In this document: one piece after another, positions 57,166-61,820 of the stretch | Layout of the letters: each line of letters begins with the position of its first letter | Numbering within the stretch: position 1 is the stretch's first letter | Assembly: GCA_020720665.1 (NCBI GenBank) | Contig: DYOF01000003.1 | Span: 1-61,820 of the forward strand | Direction: 5' to 3' | Origin: Acetofilamentum sp. | GTDB taxonomy: Bacteria; Bacteroidota; Bacteroidia; Bacteroidales; JAADGE01 | Length of the DNA stretch: 61,820 bases | The notes under the pieces: model-generated | What the model was told of the DNA's origin: nothing | The model's database searches: none | What the model saw: the letters and a program-made list of their open reading frames with translations, nothing else | Made by a program: the position numbers and the translations under genes

Positions 57166-60100
57166 ATATCTCTATTCCGATAATCAGAATATCATCTACT
57201 TGTTTATAAACTCTTCCTGTATTATCTTTAAAGCTCATCCAATACTGCAAAAATTCTTCTAATGCCTTTTTCTGTTCATCCACCGATTTTTTATTATTTT
57301 CTAATAAAATGTTTTGCAAGTTTTCGGATCTAATTTTTTGATTATTTTTTCCTCCGAATTGATCAACAAAGCCATCGGAGAAAATATATAAGAAATCGCC
57401 TTTTTGAATTTCTATGATATTGTTCGAAAACGATTCTTTTTCTCTGAGGTAAATTCCTATCGGCATTCTGTCCGGTTTTATGCGTTCTGCATTTCCGTTA
57501 CGAATTATTAACAGAGGGTTATATGCGCCGGCAAATTGCAACTGCATATTTTCCATGTCAATAATACATAATGCAATATCCATCCCGTCTTTTGCTTCAT
57601 TATCTTTTCCTGTTTGTCGCAGCGAGCGTTTTACGTTTTCGCGAAGTCGATTTAAAATAATATTTGCTTCTAATATTTCTTCTTTATTTACAATTTCATT
57701 TAAAAATGACATACCCAACATACTCATAAAAGCACCCGGAACACCGTGGCCGGTACAATCTGCCGCAACGATTACTGTTTTATTTCCTTTTTGTGTTGCC
57801 CAATAAAAATCTCCGCTCACAATATCACGAGGTTTGAACAGCACAAAATGTTCTCCTAATATTTCTTGTAAATAATCATCCGGAGGTAATACAGCTTCTT
57901 GAATTCTGCTTGCATAATGGATACTGTCCATAATGTGTTTTTGCTGCTTTTCAATTTTATCTTTTGCTTTTTCTACTTTTTCTTTTTGTTCTTGGATTTC
58001 ATCTCGTTGTGCCGTTATTTCTTCATTTTGCATTCTTATTTCTGCGGTACGTTCTTTCACAATTTGCTCTAATTTTTCATTTTCTCGTTTTAGCTTTTTT
58101 GTATATAAGCGAATAATTATAATAATTGCAAAAACAGCCATTATTAAAAAGGAAATATAAGCCCAAACAGTTCTGTACCAAGGCGGTAGCACCTCAAAAC
58201 TAAACCGTGCAATCGGGCTTTCTATATTATAAATATTTTTGGCTTTTACTTCAAATATGTATGTTCCTTCGTGCAAATTAGTGTATCTGGTGTCATTTTT
58301 TTTGTCCCATTTTGACCATGCTTCTGTTTCTCCTGATAATCTATAGCTATAAACAGTTTCTTCACTCTTTTCAAAAAAAGGTGATGCCCATTCAAATGTA
58401 ATTGTATTGTATTTATAGCTTAAAATCGGTTGATTTTCAGGCTTTTGCTCAAGAACAACGGATGGGATATTTCCGTTATATTCAATATAATTTCCGTTAA
58501 ATAAAACCGAATCGAAGGCTGTTGAAACTTTAGTAATTATAGTATTGAACGATTCGGAATAGTTTTTTTGTATGGTTCTGTTGTATTTAAAAAGTCCTTT
58601 TTCGTTACCTACCCATGTATAGTCTCCGTCAAAATATATTAAGTAGCTTGGTTTCTGAGGTAATATTTTTGAAAAAACAGAATCTTTTCCGACAGATTTA
58701 TTCAAATTGAATTTAATTAAATTAAAGTTTAAGTTATCTGCATTTGTTTCGTAAACAGACATCCAATATTCTTTATTAAAGTTTTTAAAATTAAAAATGC
58801 CGAGATGTTCTTCTGTTAATTGGTTTCCAAAATCTCTTAGGGGTTCGACTTCAAAGGTTTTTTCGTTAATTGTATATAAACCGGATTCACTCACAATTAA
58901 AACCTTTCCGTTGTATTCTGTTAAATTATAGTCTCTGCCTTGCATAGGCAGACCTTTGGTCGAATCTATATCAATTTTTGATTTATCGTAAAAATCATCA
59001 ATAATTGTAATCCCGACTGTTGAGCCCAAAGCCAAAAAATTTTTATTTTCATAAATACTTCTGACTTCTTGATGAATACTGTCATGTTTTCCTTCGTTTA
59101 TCCAACTTCCTTTATCGTATCTGACTAAGTTTAATCCTGTAGTACCGACATAAAGAAGCGATGAGTCTTTGGCCGATTGATAGAGCTTAAATGCTTGTTG
59201 CATTTCGACAACTAGCTTTATTTCTTTTTCTGAAACTTCATAAATTCCTTCTGCAGTACCCAATAAAAGTTTTTTTTCGTTTGAACCGGGCACATCAAAT
59301 TCCATTAAATCCCATGCTTGAAGCGCATCGCCTATTTTTACGAATGATTTATTTAAATCGTTTTCTGCTAAATAATAAACGGCACTTCCTGAAATCAAAT
59401 AAAGTAAATTATTAAATCGTAAAGCATCAAAATACGGAGGACCTTCCAGTCCGGTATATTCATTCCATGTAGTAAAGGGTCCGGTAAAGTCGGCACGGTA
59501 AATTCCGTCATCGTCATTTGAAAACCATAAAGCTCCTCCGTCTTTATCTGAGTTACTGAATATTGAATAAATATAATGCTGAGGTAATCCGGTTTTCTCT
59601 GTCAAGTGCTTTATTATTTTTCCGGATTTATTTAGAATGATAATACCGTTGTTAAATGTGCCTAAAGCAATTGTTTCGTCATTCAGCATGTCGGCTGTAT
59701 AGGGAGAGCTTTCAGATATCAGCAGGTCATTTTCGGTAGTAAATTTTGATATCGCATCGCTTTTCTTTTGGGTATCATAAATGAATAAACCCATGCTTCT
59801 TGTAATTATTAAAATTTTAGTCCCATCATAAGGTAACATACCGTATATTCTCTCAAAAGCAAACTGTTCTCCGCCCGGTATTAAAATTGCTTTATCGTCT
59901 TTTACGACCGATAAACCTTTTTCCCATTCTCTGATATAAAACTGATTGTTAACAGAAAACGACAAGTGAAATGTTGATTTTTCCGGTTTTATAAAATTTA
60001 TTTTATTCAGTAAATTATTGGATTTATCAATCTTTAGAGGAAGTTCAGTGTAAAATACTTTTTCGAAACTTTGAAAATAAATTCGATTACCTGCAATTAG

Positions 60101-60508
60101 TGTTTTCCAAACAGAAGAAAAATCAAATTCCGGATTTTTTTTATAGTAATTTAAAAATAATGAGTAGAAATTTAATTTTCCTAAGGAATCGGGTAATAAA
60201 ACACCGAAATCGCTTTCTGCTCCGTAAAATACTAATCCGCTTTTATCAACGGCTAAGGATTTAATTATTGTGCTGTTCGGGTTGTTATAGGTTTTCCAGT
60301 TTTTCCCGTCAAATGTTTTTACCCCTAAATTACACCCAAAATACATAATACCTCTCCGGTCTTGGGTTATTGCCCATACCTGGCCGGATTCTCCGTAATC
60401 TTTATCAGTATATTTAACAAGCAAAGGCAAACCATCCTTATTCACTTGTGCAAGGGTATTGATGTTTACAATAAATAAAACAGAGATGAGCAAAAATATG
60501 TTTTTCAT
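57164..60508 (-). CDS. membrane sensor: beta-propeller + YYY + TM + coiled coil + SpoIIE/PP2C phosphatase
   Basis: Signal peptide, propeller blades, YTNLHEGTYIFEVKAKN, PPWYRT-TM, LEQIVKERTAEI, SGDFYW, ADCTGHGVPGAFMS, DGMD, SDGFVDQFGG, QVDDI. Confidence 0.9.
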   Translation of the reverse strand: MKNIFLLISVLFIVNINTLAQVNKDGLPLLVKYTDKDYGESGQVWAITQDRRGIMYFGCNLGVKTFDGKNWKTYNNPNSTIIKSLAVDKSGLVFYGAESDFGVLLPDSLGKLNFYSLFLNYYKKNPEFDFSSVWKTLIAGNRIYFQSFEKVFYTELPLKIDKSNNLLNKINFIKPEKSTFHLSFSVNNQFYIREWEKGLSVVKDDKAILIPGGEQFAFERIYGMLPYDGTKILIITRSMGLFIYDTQKKSDAISKFTTENDLLISESSPYTADMLNDETIALGTFNNGIIILNKSGKIIKHLTEKTGLPQHYIYSIFSNSDKDGGALWFSNDDDGIYRADFTGPFTTWNEYTGLEGPPYFDALRFNNLLYLISGSAVYYLAENDLNKSFVKIGDALQAWDLMEFDVPGSNEKKLLLGTAEGIYEVSEKEIKLVVEMQQAFKLYQSAKDSSLLYVGTTGLNLVRYDKGSWINEGKHDSIHQEVRSIYENKNFLALGSTVGITIIDDFYDKSKIDIDSTKGLPMQGRDYNLTEYNGKVLIVSESGLYTINEKTFEVEPLRDFGNQLTEEHLGIFNFKNFNKEYWMSVYETNADNLNFNLIKFNLNKSVGKDSVFSKILPQKPSYLIYFDGDYTWVGNEKGLFKYNRTIQKNYSESFNTIITKVSTAFDSVLFNGNYIEYNGNIPSVVLEQKPENQPILSYKYNTITFEWASPFFEKSEETVYSYRLSGETEAWSKWDKKNDTRYTNLHEGTYIFEVKAKNIYNIESPIARFSFEVLPPWYRTVWAYISFLIMAVFAIIIIIRLYTKKLKRENEKLEQIVKERTAEIRMQNEEITAQRDEIQEQKEKVEKAKDKIEKQQKHIMDSIHYASRIQEAVLPPDDYLQEILGEHFVLFKPRDIVSGDFYWATQKGNKTVIVAADCTGHGVPGAFMSMLGMSFLNEIVNKEEILEANIILNRLRENVKRSLRQTGKDNEAKDGMDIALCIIDMENMQLQFAGAYNPLLIIRNGNAERIKPDRMPIGIYLREKESFSNNIIEIQKGDFLYIFSDGFVDQFGGKNNQKIRSENLQNILLENNKKSVDEQKKALEEFLQYWMSFKDNTGRVYKQVDDILIIGIEI

Positions 60509-60686
60509 TTACATAGCATTTAATTAATATTTTCTCAATTATATTTAACTGAAAAAATTAAGTATTTTTATCGTTACAAATCTTGTGCAATTTATAACAA
60601 TATTTTAGAAAAAACTTTTTTTTGTGTAATGAATTTAAGCTTTATTTCTTTTTAGGTTAATTTATCGCTAATATTTCAATTTCTTT

Positions 60687-61736
60687 TTAAGGAACAAAAA
60701 TCATTTTATTTCTTACAAATGTGTTTGTAGAAATTAAGATATTGTAATAACCGGTATTATAAAGAAAAGGGACTTTCGTGGTTTTACATCTTCCGGCTTT
60801 TTTATTTAATAATAATTTTCCTGATATATCAAAGCAGTTGATACTTGTAATTTCGTACTGATCCGGGTTTAAAATTGTAATAAAACCGTCATTATAAAAC
60901 ACTTCAATATTTTTCATCTGTAAATCTTGCACAGAGCTAAACGCATTTTGTTCTCCGCCGGTAAAATCGCCGAACTCAGAAACCTGCCCGGAAAACATTA
61001 AATTAGACGCTTTATTTAATATATTCCAAGTTCCTGTCCAAAGTCCGCCGTATATTTCTGACTCTGAGCCGACTATATCGTAGGTGTTGTAATGAAACAC
61101 TAAATCGCTTATAAAATTTGTAATCCCTACTGAATTTATAGTCCAATATCGATTAAGATAATCGGCAGAGGAATTATTGTCGGGATGTTTATTGCTTTCA
61201 ACATCAACGGAATAATAAGCATTCGTGTATGTTCCTGAATTAAAAGCAATTTCAACAGGAGAGTAGGTTTCGGAATTTCCTATCGGGAATAGTATATCAT
61301 CGTTATTTTCAATTTCTTTTATCAACTTACCGCTTCCGTTAATATCAATCATATTATTTGAAGAAAAATTTCCGATAATTGACGAACCGGCACTTAAAAC
61401 CAAATTGTTATCGTTTAACACTAAACTACCGTTTTGTATGTTTAACTCATCTTCAATAAAGAGGTTGGATTCAAGACTTATATTATTTGAATTGTTAACA
61501 AGCATGTTTGAAAAACTGCTGTTTGTTGTTCCGCCTATTGTTTGTTCGTTGTTTCCGCTAAAAACAACAGTTACATTAAATAAATCATCAGATGAATTAT
61601 TAATATAGTCGGCATTATTTATTTTAATATAAGCATTGTTACCGCTTAATTTTGCACCTGAGTTAATTATAATTCCTGTTTGAGAATATCCTTGAAAAAC
61701 AATACCTATAAACAAAAAAATGAATATTTTTTTCAT
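60687..61736 (-). CDS. secreted Asn/Ser-rich protein with a probable T9SS C-terminal domain
   Basis: Signal peptide; FPIG..YSPV, LNRYWTI; CTD-like FDISGKLL...GYYNI...KMIF. Confidence 0.7.
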   Translation of the reverse strand: MKKIFIFLFIGIVFQGYSQTGIIINSGAKLSGNNAYIKINNADYINNSSDDLFNVTVVFSGNNEQTIGGTTNSSFSNMLVNNSNNISLESNLFIEDELNIQNGSLVLNDNNLVLSAGSSIIGNFSSNNMIDINGSGKLIKEIENNDDILFPIGNSETYSPVEIAFNSGTYTNAYYSVDVESNKHPDNNSSADYLNRYWTINSVGITNFISDLVFHYNTYDIVGSESEIYGGLWTGTWNILNKASNLMFSGQVSEFGDFTGGEQNAFSSVQDLQMKNIEVFYNDGFITILNPDQYEITSINCFDISGKLLLNKKAGRCKTTKVPFLYNTGYYNILISTNTFVRNKMIFVP

Positions 61737-61820
61737 CTGTCTAAAAATTTATAATTAATTAATATTCTGCAAATTGAATGCACATACTTATTTATAAAAC
61801 TTGTTTTTCCCCGCAGATAG
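61737..61820 (-). repeat. duplicated 5' leader, copy B (cut by the window edge)
   Basis: Reverse complement is 72/84 identical to 22974-23056 and ends at the ATG of the 60687-61736 gene. Confidence 0.85.

Noticed and set aside
698-61608. Many 60-130 aa ORFs nested in or antisense to the long genes (e.g. 4127-4330, 19677-19988, 39327-39710, 57480-57806)
   Set aside because: Fully overlap well-supported genes and carry no recognisable motifs; shadow ORFs
1-61820. tRNA, rRNA, CRISPR array, T-box or known riboswitch, transposase, selenoprotein read-through
   Set aside because: All intergenic gaps are short (under ~330 bp) and none shows a cloverleaf, repeat-spacer periodicity or a recognisable aptamer; the redox CxxC motifs are all encoded by Cys codons

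Overview
AT-rich chromosomal window from a Bacteroidota genome, probably Bacteroidales-like. The evidence is TAnnTTTG -7 promoter elements, A-rich start contexts without Shine-Dalgarno sites, T9SS C-terminal sorting signals and propeller-YYY sensors. Most of it is housekeeping and envelope genes: glyQS, dusB, recO, ilvE, tyrS, lepA, asnS, mutY, SSS and PiT transporters, Crp/Fnr, OsmC, USP, TetR, two propeller-YYY-SpoIIE sensor phosphatases, scattered glycan genes and a TlpA-DUF6029-Omp28 cluster. I saw no rRNA, tRNA, CRISPR array, transposase or prophage. Signals the ORF track does not explain: (1) an ~84-nt 5' leader, ~86% identical by hand alignment, that ends exactly at the ATG of two unrelated exported proteins (22974-23056 + and 61737-61820 -), with a long hairpin in the complete copy; (2) two copies of a ~154-bp MITE-like element with 17-bp terminal inverted repeats and a 5-bp target-site duplication; (3) an unannotated 54-aa ORF behind the sulfide:quinone oxidoreductase; (4) a class III cyclase-HD hydrolase fusion divergent from a USP gene; (5) a ferredoxin/FrhB-pyruvyltransferase fusion in a capsule-modification operon; (6) a ~70-aa coiled-coil insertion in AsnRS; (7) a candidate TetR operator. 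All family calls come from motif recognition; no searches were run.
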